From positions 40,982 through 104,981 of the forward strand of contig CAVXDX010000007.1 in assembly GCA_963760615.1 (NCBI GenBank): a stretch of DNA of 64,000 nt, given 5' to 3'. Source of the stretch: an uncultured Candidatus Micrarchaeota archaeon (GTDB taxonomy: Archaea; Micrarchaeota; Micrarchaeia; Burarchaeales; Fermentimicrarchaeaceae). The notes beneath the pieces are model-generated. The model had not been told where the DNA came from. It did not search any database and saw only the letters and a program-made list of their open reading frames with translations. Both the position numbers and the translations under genes were made by a program. Below are positions 36,490 through 46,963 of the stretch, one piece after another; position 1 is the first letter of the stretch, and each line of letters begins with the position of its first letter.

Positions 36490-37503
36490 ATGGAGAAGAG
36501 GATAGGCATGGCAATCATAGGCTGCGGGTACTGGGGGCCGAACTATGTAAGAATCTTCAATGAACTAGACGACTCCAACCTACTCTATATCGCAGATATA
36601 GATCGCGGAAAATTGACGAAGCTTATCAAAAACTCTTCAGTAAAAGCCACCAAGGATTATAAGGAAATTTTGAAAGACCCAGGAGTGGACGCAGTGGTTG
36701 TATCTACTCCTTCCTCCACCCATTATGAGATAGCAAAGAACTGTCTCTTAGGTGGAAAGCATGTCTTAGTTGAGAAGCCAATGACTCTAACTTCTAAAGA
36801 TGCGGAGGACCTAATAAAAATTGCTGATGCTGAAAAGAAAGTCTTGATGGTCGGGCATACCTTCATGTTCAACCCCGCAGTCCAGAAACTCAAAGAATAT
36901 ATCAAAGATGGGACACTTGGAGACATCTGCTATTTGTCATTTGTTAGGACGGGACTGGGGCCAGTAAGAAGTGATGTAAATGCGATGTGGGATTTGGCCA
37001 CGCATGACGTCTCGATACTGAACTTCATACTGGAAAAAAATCCGAATAAAGTCAGCGCAACAGGAGAATGCTACATACAGGCAGGTATTGAGGACGTTGT
37101 ATTCCTAAACCTCAAATTCCAGAGTAAGATTATTGCAAATGTTCATGCCAGCTGGCTCAACCCGCACAAGATCAGGCAGGTTACTGTAGTGGGAAACAAA
37201 AAGATGGCAGTATTAGATGACGTTAGCTCGACTGAGAAGATAAAGTTGTTTGATAAGGGGGTACTGAAAGAACAGAACTACTCAAACTATGGCGAGTTTC
37301 AGCTGATATTAAGGAGTGGTGATATTCTAATTCCTGACGTAAAAATGTCCGAACCGCTGAAAAACCAGTGCATGCATTTCATTGAATGCGTAAAGAAAAA
37401 TAAAAAACCAATAAGTGACGGGAATAACGGGCTCGGAGTGGTGAGGGTTTTGGAGGCGGCGCAGAAGTCGCTTAAAAATGGGGGTTGTGAGGTAGGAGTA
37501 TGA
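36490..37503 (+). CDS. Gfo/Idh/MocA oxidoreductase (WbpB/WlbA-like sugar 3-dehydrogenase)
   Basis: IIGCGYWG, VLVEKP, VGHTF.FNP and DLATHD motifs. Confidence 0.85.
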   Translation: MEKRIGMAIIGCGYWGPNYVRIFNELDDSNLLYIADIDRGKLTKLIKNSSVKATKDYKEILKDPGVDAVVVSTPSSTHYEIAKNCLLGGKHVLVEKPMTLTSKDAEDLIKIADAEKKVLMVGHTFMFNPAVQKLKEYIKDGTLGDICYLSFVRTGLGPVRSDVNAMWDLATHDVSILNFILEKNPNKVSATGECYIQAGIEDVVFLNLKFQSKIIANVHASWLNPHKIRQVTVVGNKKMAVLDDVSSTEKIKLFDKGVLKEQNYSNYGEFQLILRSGDILIPDVKMSEPLKNQCMHFIECVKKNKKPISDGNNGLGVVRVLEAAQKSLKNGGCEVGV

Positions 37504-37610
37504 GAAGAACTGTGATGCAGTCTACCCCGGCAGGTTTTGCAGGAGCTGTTTTATGCAGGGTTAAGGAGCTATGCTCTATCGCATTACTATCCATGGAGGG
37601 GGGGATATGA
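37500..37610 (+). CDS. Possible 36-aa small ORF coupled by ATGA overlaps at both ends
   Basis: MRRTVMQSTPAGFAGAVLCRVKELCSIALLSMEGGI. Its ATG overlaps the upstream TGA and its TGA overlaps the downstream ATG 37607. Confidence 0.3.
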   Translation: MRRTVMQSTPAGFAGAVLCRVKELCSIALLSMEGGI

Positions 37611-38047
37611 TGCTTGATGTAAAACTGGGTAAAAATGTAATCATCCCACATCCAGAACTGGTTAACGTATATGGCTGCGAAATAGGGGACAATTGCATGA
37701 TAGGACCATTCGTGGAGATACAAAATGATGTGGTGATAGGCAAGAATACCAGAATTCAATCGCATTCATTCATCTGCTCTAAAACAAGGATAGGCAAGAA
37801 TGTTTTTATCGGTCATGGCGCGATATTTATAAATGACAGGTACCCGCCGCGCAGAAATCCAGCAGATTGGGAGCCGATCATAATAGGCGATGGAGCGGTT
37901 ATAGGCAGCAATGCAACAGTACTTCCCTGCAGGATAGGCAAGGGTGCAACGATTGGAGCCGGGGCAGTTGTAACAAAAGACGTGCCAGCGCATGCAGTTG
38001 TCACAGGTAACCCTGCTCAGGCGGTTAAAAAGGGTAGAAAGGGATGA
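37607..38047 (+). CDS. Hexapeptide-repeat N-acetyltransferase (WbpD/WlbB-like)
   Basis: IGPFVEIQ, IQSHSFIC, FINDRYP and IGAGAVVTKDVP motifs. Confidence 0.88.
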   Translation: MMLDVKLGKNVIIPHPELVNVYGCEIGDNCMIGPFVEIQNDVVIGKNTRIQSHSFICSKTRIGKNVFIGHGAIFINDRYPPRRNPADWEPIIIGDGAVIGSNATVLPCRIGKGATIGAGAVVTKDVPAHAVVTGNPAQAVKKGRKG

Positions 38048-38066
38048 AAGTACGGAGGTGGTGTAA

Positions 38067-39176
38067 ATTAAAGTTAATTTCGTTGATTTGAAGAGGCAGT
38101 ATCTTTCTATTAAAGGTGAAGTAGATCCGGCTATTTGTGGGGTTATTGACAGCACGCGGTTCATTCTTGGTGAGAATGTTAAGAAATTTGAGGAGGAATT
38201 TGCTAGTTACTGCGGAGTAAAGCATGCTATTGGAGTGGCATCAGGCACTGACGCATTGATGCTCTCCCTCAAGATATTTGGAGTCCAGAGGGGTGACGAG
38301 GTAATATCGGTTCCTAACACATTTGTTTCAACAATTGATTCCATAGCGCATAACGATGCAACTCCCAAGTTCGTTGAGATAGACCCAAAAACCTTCAACA
38401 TAGACATCGACAAAATAGAGGAGAAGATTACCAATAAGACTAAGGCGATAGTGCCTGTTCATCTGTTTGGCCAGACACTTAATATGAAACCAATAATGGA
38501 GATTGCCGAGAAATATAATCTTAAGGTGCTGGAGGATGCCTGCCAGGCGCACGGTGCAGAATTTGGAGGTAAAAGGACCGGCTCATTCGGCGATGCTGCC
38601 TGCTTCAGCTTCTATCCCGGAAAGAATTTAGGGGCGTACGGTGACGGCGGGATGGTTGTCACAAATGATGGTGAAATAGCAGAGAAAGTTCGGCTGTTCA
38701 GGGATTATGGGCAGAAAGCGAAATATTATCATAGCTTAGTAGGCTACAACAGCAGGCTTGATGAAATTCAGGCAGCTGTGCTGAGAGTTAAGCTGAAGCA
38801 CCTGGACAAATGGAATAGGATGAGAAATGAGAATGCAAAGAAATATGAGAAACTGCTGAAGGACATCCACGAGGTTTCAACGCCCTACAACCCAGGCTAT
38901 CCTGCGCATGTCTTTCACCTCTATGTGATAAGGTGCCAGAGAAGAGATGAACTTCAGAAGTGGCTCGGCACAAAAGAGATTTCGGCACTTATGCACTACC
39001 CAATTCCTGTTCATCTGCAGGAATCCTACAAGTATCTTGGGCATAAGGAAGGCGATTTCCCAATATGCGAGAAGTATGCAAAAGAGATTCTCTCGCTTCC
39101 AATGTTTCCAGAGCTGAATGATGGGGAGATAGCCCATGTCTGCAACAGCATAGGTGAGTTTTACAAGAAACAGTAG
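38067..39176 (+). CDS. DegT/DnrJ/EryC1/StrS aminotransferase (WbpE/WlbC-like); probable ATT start
   Basis: [29 protein letters not shown] and NSRLDE motifs. The family N-terminus ([11 protein letters not shown]) extends 7 codons upstream of the ORF-track TTG 38088, to ATT 38067. Confidence 0.92.
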   Translation: MKVNFVDLKRQYLSIKGEVDPAICGVIDSTRFILGENVKKFEEEFASYCGVKHAIGVASGTDALMLSLKIFGVQRGDEVISVPNTFVSTIDSIAHNDATPKFVEIDPKTFNIDIDKIEEKITNKTKAIVPVHLFGQTLNMKPIMEIAEKYNLKVLEDACQAHGAEFGGKRTGSFGDAACFSFYPGKNLGAYGDGGMVVTNDGEIAEKVRLFRDYGQKAKYYHSLVGYNSRLDEIQAAVLRVKLKHLDKWNRMRNENAKKYEKLLKDIHEVSTPYNPGYPAHVFHLYVIRCQRRDELQKWLGTKEISALMHYPIPVHLQESYKYLGHKEGDFPICEKYAKEILSLPMFPELNDGEIAHVCNSIGEFYKKQ

Positions 39177-39320
39177 ATTTTGGGCAAGTCGAATACTCAT
39201 AACGAAAGGCTCGTCCTCCTTGTAAGACCCGTACTCGTTCCTCTCGGGATAATTAAGGGGGAGTTCCGAGATGATTTATAAACCTTCGATGCTATATCTT
39301 AGGCTTAGGAAGGTGATAAC

Positions 39321-40337
39321 TTGGCGGAACCGTCTGAATCTTTCTGGGCAGACAGAAGCGTTTTCATAACCGGAATAAGCGGTTTTATGGGCTCCCATCT
39401 ATCCGAGAAGCTGGTTTCCATGGGAGCAAAGGTTTATGGCTTGCTGAGGAGGCATGCCGTTCCGCAGTATCCGAACATAACGCATATGAAAGGCAAGATT
39501 AAGCTCATTGAGGGAAATCTTGTTGACCTGCCTTCAATAATAAGCGCGCTTAAGGAAAGCCAGGCATCGGTCCTGTTCCACCTTGCCGCACAGTCCTATG
39601 TTCCTCTCAGCTTCCAGGCTCCCTACGATACTTACAAGACGAACATCATGGGGACTGCAAACGTTCTTGAGGCGCTGAGACATTATGAAGGGATTGAGAA
39701 GATGCATTTTGCTGGGAGTTCGGAAGAGTACGGGCTCGCCATCGAGAGCGAGCTGCCCATAAAGGAGACAAACCCTCTGAGACCTCTTTCACCCTACGCT
39801 GCATCAAAAGTTGCCGGGGACTATATGTGCTACACACATTTCAAATGTTACAAGCTGCCGGTGGTGAGGACGAGGGCATTTAACCACACTGGACCTAGGA
39901 GAGGGTTGCACTTTGTCACAAGCATCATAGCAAGGCAGGTTGCCAGAGGGATAAGATTCAAGGAGAAGAAACTTGTGATAGGCAACCCCGAACCGAGGAG
40001 GGATTTCTCGGATGTCAGGGATATACTGAGAGGTTATATGCTGGCAGTTGAAAAAGGCAAGCCCGGAGAAGTTTACAACCTCGGCAGCGGCAAAAGCAGA
40101 GGCATTGGGGACCTTGCAAAGATGGCAATAGAGATTGGCGGTCTTAAAGGAAAGATGACTGTGGGAATCGACAAGAGTAGATACAGACCTTCGGAAGTCA
40201 TGATTCTGCAGTGCGATTACTCAAAGGCAAAAAAAGAGCTGGGCTGGGAACCTAGGATACCGCTTGAGAAAACCATGAAAGACCTGATAGACTATTTCTT
40301 GGAGAACGAGAATCTTCTCAAAATAGAGGAATACTGA
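39321..40337 (+). CDS. gmd: GDP-mannose 4,6-dehydratase family protein
   Basis: ITGISGFMG, HLAAQSYV.LSF, GSSEEYG, PYAASK, FNHTGPRR and RDFSDVRD motifs; TTG start after GGTGA. Confidence 0.82.
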   Translation: MAEPSESFWADRSVFITGISGFMGSHLSEKLVSMGAKVYGLLRRHAVPQYPNITHMKGKIKLIEGNLVDLPSIISALKESQASVLFHLAAQSYVPLSFQAPYDTYKTNIMGTANVLEALRHYEGIEKMHFAGSSEEYGLAIESELPIKETNPLRPLSPYAASKVAGDYMCYTHFKCYKLPVVRTRAFNHTGPRRGLHFVTSIIARQVARGIRFKEKKLVIGNPEPRRDFSDVRDILRGYMLAVEKGKPGEVYNLGSGKSRGIGDLAKMAIEIGGLKGKMTVGIDKSRYRPSEVMILQCDYSKAKKELGWEPRIPLEKTMKDLIDYFLENENLLKIEEY

Positions 40338-41188
40338 TGGAGTGGAGCGGCAAACGCATCCTCGTGACTGGTGGAGACGGGTTTATAGGCTCGCACCTAG
40401 TCCCAAAGCTGGAGGAGTTGGGAGCCGAAGTTACTGTTGCGAGCAAAAACAAGAGTGGGAGCGGAAAGTTCATCAGCATTGACGTCACAAGCTCGTCCCT
40501 GAATCTTAAGAAATACGATGCTGTCTTCCATCTTGCGGGAATTGCTGACCCGAGAGCCTGCGAAGAGAATCCCGGGCAGGCCTTTCTTGTGAATTCCTAC
40601 GGAAGCCTGAATGTCATGGAGGCGTGCAGGAGGAGCGGTGTTGAGAGAATCCTGCTGAGCTCATCTGCGCATGTATACGGAATACCGCAGTACACGCCAA
40701 TTGATGAGAAGCATCCTCTCAAGCCAGTTTCAGCCTATGGACGGAGCAAGGTTGCTGCCGAGCAAATATGCGAAGAATACGGAGCAACCATCCTGAGATT
40801 CTTCAATATATACGGAGAGGAGCAGAGGGGGGACTACCTCATTCCGACGATTATATCGAACCTTGATAAAGAAAGCATAACCCTCAGGAACCTGGATTCC
40901 AAGAGGGATTTTATATATGTTGATGATGTTGTTGATGCAATGCTTCTTGCACTTCATCACCCTAATGAATGCTTCAATATAGGAAGCGGCAGAGGATACG
41001 GCTCGCAGGAGATTGCGGAGCTGCTCTTCAAGATAAGCGGTAAAAAGCCGAGGCTGGCCAGCCTTAACAGACCCGACAGCGTGCCGGTTCTTATTGCGGA
41101 CATAGGCAAGGCGAAGAAGGAGCTGGGCTGGGAGCCGAAAGTTAAGCTGGAGGAGGGATTGAGAAGGGTTTACGGTGGTTTTGGATGA
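40337..41188 (+). CDS. NAD-dependent epimerase/dehydratase
   Basis: VTGGDGFIG, SSAHVYG, YGRSK and RDFIYVDD motifs. Confidence 0.88.
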   Translation: MEWSGKRILVTGGDGFIGSHLVPKLEELGAEVTVASKNKSGSGKFISIDVTSSSLNLKKYDAVFHLAGIADPRACEENPGQAFLVNSYGSLNVMEACRRSGVERILLSSSAHVYGIPQYTPIDEKHPLKPVSAYGRSKVAAEQICEEYGATILRFFNIYGEEQRGDYLIPTIISNLDKESITLRNLDSKRDFIYVDDVVDAMLLALHHPNECFNIGSGRGYGSQEIAELLFKISGKKPRLASLNRPDSVPVLIADIGKAKKELGWEPKVKLEEGLRRVYGGFG

Positions 41189-42315
41189 GACTTGCTATTG
41201 CACATCCATTCCTCAGGCTGAGGGGAGGGGCGGAGAGGGTAGTCCTCAAAATTGCAAAGCACTTTGATGCAAAGGTGTATTGCTCAATATACGAGCCCGA
41301 GAATACATTCCCGGAGTTCAAGGATGTTGACGTTGAGGTGATTGGAAGCGGGCTGTGGCCTTTTGCTTCTCTCCTCCCGGCAAGAGTTGGCAGTGCAGCA
41401 GTTGCAGGGGAACAGTTCTATTTCAAGGAGCTTGACAATTATGATGTGATAAACGCCCAGGGCACACCTTCGGAGTGGATAAGGAACAAGAACAGCCCAG
41501 TGGTGTGGTACTGCTTCTCTCCAAACAGGGAGGCATTTGATTTGTATGAGTGGAGAATGAAGAGAAGAAATCTTTTCCAGAAGGCGCTCTACTGGTCCTT
41601 CCTACAGCCATACAGAAAAATAGAACTTTCAGTAGTCCCAAAGATAGAGCATATTTTTGCGATAAGTAAGAATGTTCAGATTAGGATAAGGAGGTATCTT
41701 GGCAGGGAATCAGAAATTCTCATGCCCGGCGTGGATTATGAGGAGTTCCGCGGGGGGGAGTACGAGAAGTACTTCTTCTACCCCTCGAGAATTGCCCCTG
41801 AGAAGAATTTTGAGATGGCAATAGAGGCATTCAAGATGTTCAGGAGGAAGCATAAGGAGTGGAAGTTTATAATTGCAGGTTCACTGGACAGGAACAGGCC
41901 GGAGCATGTCGAATACTATAACAAAATAAAGAATATTCTTGGAAATGAAGGAAGGATAATGCTGAATTTACCAGCAGAGAAAATTGTTGGGTTATACTCA
42001 AACTGCTTCTGCGTTTTGTATACGCCTATAAATGAGGATTACGGACTTATACCGCTTGAGGCATTCGCCTCCTCCAAGCCGTGCATAGCAATAAACCAAG
42101 GCGGGCCGAGGGAGCTTGTGAAAGAAGGAGTCGGCTACCTCGTTGATGATGTCGCAGGGATGGTCGGAAAGATGGAATACCTAACTGGGCATCCTTCCGA
42201 GACCGAGAGGATGGGCAAGGCTGCAAGGAAGTATGTTGAGAAGCAATTCTCATGGAAGCAATTCCTGAAAAGGTTTGGGGAAGTCTGCCTCAAGCTATCC
42301 AAAGAGAGGACCTAG
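41185..42315 (+). CDS. GT4 glycosyltransferase (ALG2-like)
   Basis: GGAERV, RIAPEKN and NEDYGLIPLEA motifs. Confidence 0.9.
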   Translation: MRLAIAHPFLRLRGGAERVVLKIAKHFDAKVYCSIYEPENTFPEFKDVDVEVIGSGLWPFASLLPARVGSAAVAGEQFYFKELDNYDVINAQGTPSEWIRNKNSPVVWYCFSPNREAFDLYEWRMKRRNLFQKALYWSFLQPYRKIELSVVPKIEHIFAISKNVQIRIRRYLGRESEILMPGVDYEEFRGGEYEKYFFYPSRIAPEKNFEMAIEAFKMFRRKHKEWKFIIAGSLDRNRPEHVEYYNKIKNILGNEGRIMLNLPAEKIVGLYSNCFCVLYTPINEDYGLIPLEAFASSKPCIAINQGGPRELVKEGVGYLVDDVAGMVGKMEYLTGHPSETERMGKAARKYVEKQFSWKQFLKRFGEVCLKLSKERT

Positions 42316-43763
42316 TTTTACGAAAGAGAGCAATGCATTTATCAGTCTTTTGTCATCAGCATCCAGAAGCGGCAGGTATACAAGGCAGAAAATTGCCCCA
42401 GCTATGAGGAAAAGCACCACTGTGCTGCCTATAAGTGGGTTAAGCAGAATTATCACCGCTGCAACTAGGATGGATGCCAGAGTCGGTTTTAGGAAATGCA
42501 TTTTGTTGAAGCCTATCCTAAGCATTCTTAATGACGAGCGGATGAGAAGAGCAAACTGGAACACTTGAGATAGGACGAAGGTGAGGGCAGTTCCAACAAG
42601 CCCATACTGCGAGATGAGGTAGAAGCCGGCAAGCCATGTGAACAGGTATGTCAGAAACACTATGATAGTAAGCTCTTTCATTTTTCCCTTGCTCATGAAA
42701 AGATTGGCGCAAATCCCATTTAGGAACATGAAAGGTATAATCGGACTGAGCACTCTCAAAGACTGCGCTGCCGGCAGGTAGCTCTGGGGCCATAGAAAGA
42801 ATATTATTCGGTTTGCAGTCAGGTAAACCAAAAATGAGAGGGGGATGGAGGCAAGCAACCCATACTTTATGCTCCTGTCAAAAACCCTCCTCTGCAGTTC
42901 CATCTCCTTCTTCGCCTCCATCTTAACAAGGATGGACAGCAAAAACGTTGAGGAAAGCGGAAGGAGGGAGACGAGAAGAAAAACTACGGAACTGCTCACA
43001 GTGAATAGCGCAAGTTCATCGGCCCGCGGAAGTAGTTTAGCATTATTGAGTCAATGTTACTGGAAAGAAGACTGGCCATGGTAAGTATTGCCGAGAAGAA
43101 AAAGAACGAGTTGATTTTTCTAGTCTTTGTGGGTACGTAGGTCAAATCCACCTTGAACCTGAATATGAAGAGCAGCAGCGCGGCAATAGTGGCCAGCAGA
43201 AACGCAAGCAGCACGCCAGCTGTTATCGTAACCAGATTGGAGCCGAAGAGCAGAACGAGGATGAGCGGGAATACCACCTTGGAGCCATTGAACGCCATGG
43301 AAATTAGTGATGAGTATTCAAAACGCCCTATGGCGACGAAAAGGTAGTTTATGAACATACTGACAGAGTAGAGAATGGTGAGTGCTCCCAAAGTCTGCAT
43401 GACATAGGTAAACTGTTCATCATGGAGAAAGAATTTGGCGAGGGATGCGGGAAAAAGGATGAGCGCCATGCTTATCAGTATAAGGGTGGCAAGCTTCCAC
43501 CTCAGCAGATAGCGCACGTAGAAGCCAGCATGCCCATCCCTTGAATGGAAGCTCTCCCCCACAATCTTTATGAGTGTGTTCGAAACTCCCAGGTCGCCTA
43601 TTCCGGTAAAGAGCAGCGCGAAAGCAATAAGGGTGCTGAACACGCCGAAATCCGTCTGACTAAGCAGTCTTGTGAAGAGCAGGGATACCACCACCCCAGA
43701 AATAAGGACAGTCACAGGGGTGATAAGCGCATATATGTTCTGCTCTATGAGCTCCTTCATCAT
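42295..43763 (-). pseudogene. Wzx/RfbX-type oligosaccharide flippase with a -1 frameshift at about 43020-43025
   Basis: ORF 43763..42996 ends NIDSIMLNYFRGP. Adding one base gives DELALFTVSSSV..., which continues into ORF 42999..42295 and totals about 490 aa of multi-TM flippase. Could be a true lesion or a sequencing error. Confidence 0.8.
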
Positions 43764-43831
43764 TAGGTATGTATTCTCCTGAGAGGTTTAAAAAATAGAT
43801 TGAAAAAAGAAAAAGCCGGTAGGTGCCTGAC

Positions 43832-44179
43832 CTAGAACCTGAAAAGCACCCTTGCCAGAACTACAATGACTAGTATTGCCAGCAAGTAGCCGGGAGCCCT
43901 TTCTGAAATCTCTTTCACTCCCCTGTAATAGAATATATACAGCGTAGAGGATGAGAAGGAGAGAATAAACAGAACAAGTAGGTGCGGTATCTCGCCGTTC
44001 CTTATCTCCTCCCATGGAGAACCTTGGAAAAGATTAATTTCATTCACTATTTCGACAATCATCCAGAGCGATATGGTGATAATGATGGAAAGCAGCACTA
44101 AGCCTAGCAGCACAGTCCTAAGCTTCCTCTTTCTATTCTCTCCTGTGACTCTGTCATAGATTTTCGTTCTTATCCTCAT
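43832..44179 (-). CDS. Hypothetical 3-TM membrane protein directly downstream of virB4
   Basis: ATG 44179 is 1 nt after the virB4 stop; 115 aa with three hydrophobic segments. Confidence 0.7.
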   Translation of the reverse strand: MRIRTKIYDRVTGENRKRKLRTVLLGLVLLSIIITISLWMIVEIVNEINLFQGSPWEEIRNGEIPHLLVLFILSFSSSTLYIFYYRGVKEISERAPGYLLAILVIVVLARVLFRF

Positions 44180-44180
44180 C

Positions 44181-46835
44181 TCACTCAACTCCCTTATCCT
44201 CAGGGTGCGTTGTGAAGAGCCTGTACTCTTCGCTTGCAACAATGTTTTTGAGAGGTATGAAGGTGTTGTTAACGAAGAAAAGCCCGCTCCCGGGCTCCGC
44301 AGTCAGCAGGTAATTCTTTGTTGTCTCGTTAAGCTTGAATGTTGCAGCAACATCGTCTATTATTGACGGCTTCATTCTCAGCAGGAGCTGCCAGGAGGAG
44401 TTTGCCATCACCGCCTTGCCTGCCTTGTTTGTGAGCAGGTCGTACACATCCTGCGTTATGAGAACAAGTCCCATGTTGTGGTGCCTGCATGTTTTGACTA
44501 TATTCAGGATATAGCCCTCCTCGCTTTCAGTCTGTAGAAGCTTCCACGCCTCATCAACTACAAGCATCTTCTTCCTAAGGTCTTTCTTCATCCTGTTGTA
44601 CACGAACTCCAGTATGATGAACATGAGTATTCTTCTGACCTCCTTTGGCAGCTGACCTATCTTGAATGTTATGAACCTCCAATCAAGCTTCTTTATGTTG
44701 GTCTGCCTGTTTATGAATGAGTAGGAGCCTTTAACAAACCTCCTGAGGGAGGAGGAGATGGCAGTTGCAGCCTCTGCTCGCTTGGCAAAGCTGCTTTTTC
44801 TTTCTTTCTCCACATAGCTGTACAAATCTGAGAGCGTTGGGGCTTCCTTACCCCATGTTTTCGGGTCATGAGTTATGCCCCTTGCCGCGTATATGCTCTC
44901 AAATGCCTCATCCAACAGATCCTTCATATCGTCCGTGAGTTCTGAGACAAAGAACCTCATCAAAGCGTGGAGGAAGAACAGTTTTTCCTCATAACTCTGC
45001 TCGGTTATTTGGAACGGGTTTATGAATGCATCCGAGTCCTCGGAGAATTCAATTATCTTTCCTCCAAGGCTTGTGGTTAGAGTCTCGTATTCGCCCTCCT
45101 CGCTGGGGTCGAGCACAATCACGTCTATGCCCTGCTGCAGGGCTCTGCTGAGTATTGTTTTGACCGCAAATGACTTCCCACTGCCCGACATGCCAAGAGC
45201 TAGCCCATTTGCATTCTCAAATGATTTGGAGAATATATCGCAGATTATGGGCATGCCGTCAAGCTGGTTTTCACCAAAGAGAATGCCTTTGGGTTGTGGC
45301 TCCAGGTATGCGCTTACAAATGGGAAGGATGCAGCCAGAGAAGAGGAAGTCATGTTCCTGCCAACATTGAGCAACTTGTAGCCAAGGGGAGCGCAGCTCC
45401 TGAAGCCGGCATCCATCTTCTCATAGGCAATCTGCGGCTTGAGCCTAATTTCATTGAGCTTGGAAACAACAGTATCTGTAAGCAAATCAAGCTTCTCAAG
45501 GCTGTCTGATTCCACGCATACATACAGGGAGAAGAGGAACGCTCTCTCCGAGCCTGATGTCAGCATCTCTATGAGCTGCTCTGTGCCTTTGCGCTGTATT
45601 CTTGCTGAGTAGGGAACGAGTTTGCCTGCAGCCTCATCTGTGGCTATATCTATGGCCTGCTTCTCCAGCACTTTATTGTAGTATTCGAGCACTGAGGAGA
45701 AGTTTGTGGGCTGGAGGTACATCGATATATGGAATACTCCCCTAGTTATCATGAGAGGTTCTAGGAAGGCAGGGGCTACCAAATCAGGGTAACCGGCAAC
45801 AGCTATGGTGCGGTAGAACTTGTTGTTTATCTGAATGTGATCTCTGCCGGTGTTTATGTATGATGGAGCAACTAGAGTTGAGAGCATTGAGGTGGGAGTG
45901 CTGTAGTCAATCCTGCTCTTGCTGAAGTTCGAAAGATCCTTTACCTCCTCTCTCAATGATTCCCACTTCCTCCTCCAATCCGCCGTAAGAGTTATGGGAG
46001 CCAGGTAGCTAGAATTGAACTCTGAAAGCGGCGAGAAGAATGAGGAGTAGAGCAGGATTATTCCGTCGTCATTAACCCTCTTTGGGATCAACCCGACATT
46101 TGTCAAGCCGTGCATAACAATCTGTACTCTTTGCTCCAGGATGCTCAACCTTTCTCTTTCATCCTTCCCCTCATTCCTGCCTGTGCTGACGACAGCGTTG
46201 AAGGTTCTGTACATGCTCCGCTCCTCGCGCACTCTTGTCCTGAGGAATGATTCAAAGGATTTGGAGAATCTCGTGAGACGCGGGTCCTTCGTCTCATCAG
46301 CCATTTTTCTCAGGTTATCAAAGAACTCATTTAGGTTGAGCTGGTGGGTTTTAACAACTACCTGCAATGGGATTGCATCGGAAGAGGAGGAGCCTGAGAG
46401 TGAGTCAAGGAAATTCTTGTAGGATTCAAAGACCGCATTCTGCTGTTTCTCATCAAGCACGGAAAAGTTCATGGGCTGCACTTGTATGATCGCCTTCAGA
46501 TCCCCATTCTTCATGCGGGCAACCCCATCATGTATGTCCGCGACATCGATGAACTCCAGAGCCCTCTCATCGAGAAAGCCAATTCTCTTGGGAGAGCGCA
46601 GGTATGAGATTTTTGTTGAAGCCCATCTCTCAAGGTTGAGGAATGTGAAGGCCATCCCAAGTATTGCAATGAGCAGGATGAGAAGATACCTCAGAGTTCC
46701 CAGAAACTCAAGCTCCGAGTAGACAAGAAACTCTGTGAATAGGGTCAGAAGGACATATATGACCTGCCTTCTCCTAAGCCCGAATACGATTACCTCTTCG
46801 TAATCCCCAACCTCCTTGGGGATTTTCACCATCAA
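44181..46835 (-). CDS. virB4: PrgI-VirB4 (TraC/TrsE-like) fusion ATPase
   Basis: N-terminal IPKEVGDYEE..VFGLRRRQ plus 2 TM (PrgI-like); QPMNFSVLDEKQQ...NFLDSL; Walker A GMSGSGKS; Walker B LVVDEAW; CRH.NMGL.LITQ and LL.AEPG.GL motifs; 884 aa. Confidence 0.82.
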   Translation of the reverse strand: MMVKIPKEVGDYEEVIVFGLRRRQVIYVLLTLFTEFLVYSELEFLGTLRYLLILLIAILGMAFTFLNLERWASTKISYLRSPKRIGFLDERALEFIDVADIHDGVARMKNGDLKAIIQVQPMNFSVLDEKQQNAVFESYKNFLDSLSGSSSSDAIPLQVVVKTHQLNLNEFFDNLRKMADETKDPRLTRFSKSFESFLRTRVREERSMYRTFNAVVSTGRNEGKDERERLSILEQRVQIVMHGLTNVGLIPKRVNDDGIILLYSSFFSPLSEFNSSYLAPITLTADWRRKWESLREEVKDLSNFSKSRIDYSTPTSMLSTLVAPSYINTGRDHIQINNKFYRTIAVAGYPDLVAPAFLEPLMITRGVFHISMYLQPTNFSSVLEYYNKVLEKQAIDIATDEAAGKLVPYSARIQRKGTEQLIEMLTSGSERAFLFSLYVCVESDSLEKLDLLTDTVVSKLNEIRLKPQIAYEKMDAGFRSCAPLGYKLLNVGRNMTSSSLAASFPFVSAYLEPQPKGILFGENQLDGMPIICDIFSKSFENANGLALGMSGSGKSFAVKTILSRALQQGIDVIVLDPSEEGEYETLTTSLGGKIIEFSEDSDAFINPFQITEQSYEEKLFFLHALMRFFVSELTDDMKDLLDEAFESIYAARGITHDPKTWGKEAPTLSDLYSYVEKERKSSFAKRAEAATAISSSLRRFVKGSYSFINRQTNIKKLDWRFITFKIGQLPKEVRRILMFIILEFVYNRMKKDLRKKMLVVDEAWKLLQTESEEGYILNIVKTCRHHNMGLVLITQDVYDLLTNKAGKAVMANSSWQLLLRMKPSIIDDVAATFKLNETTKNYLLTAEPGSGLFFVNNTFIPLKNIVASEEYRLFTTHPEDKGVE

Positions 46836-46963
46836 CTCACCACCCAGTTATTTATCGTAGAGAAGGAATATTAAGGTTGCTCTAGCCAGCACAATGTGTA
46901 GCACGTATTAATTAAGCACTTTCTTGTGCCATAAGAAATGCTCTTGATTCAAAGCTGCATTTA

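Noticed and set aside
39180-39275. Minus-strand stretch IISELPLNYPERNEYGSYKEDEPF, faintly like the C-terminus of DPM-type GT2 enzymes
   Set aside because: It is too short, has no start codon, and the similarity is only impressionistic. It cannot be supported as a gene remnant without a search.
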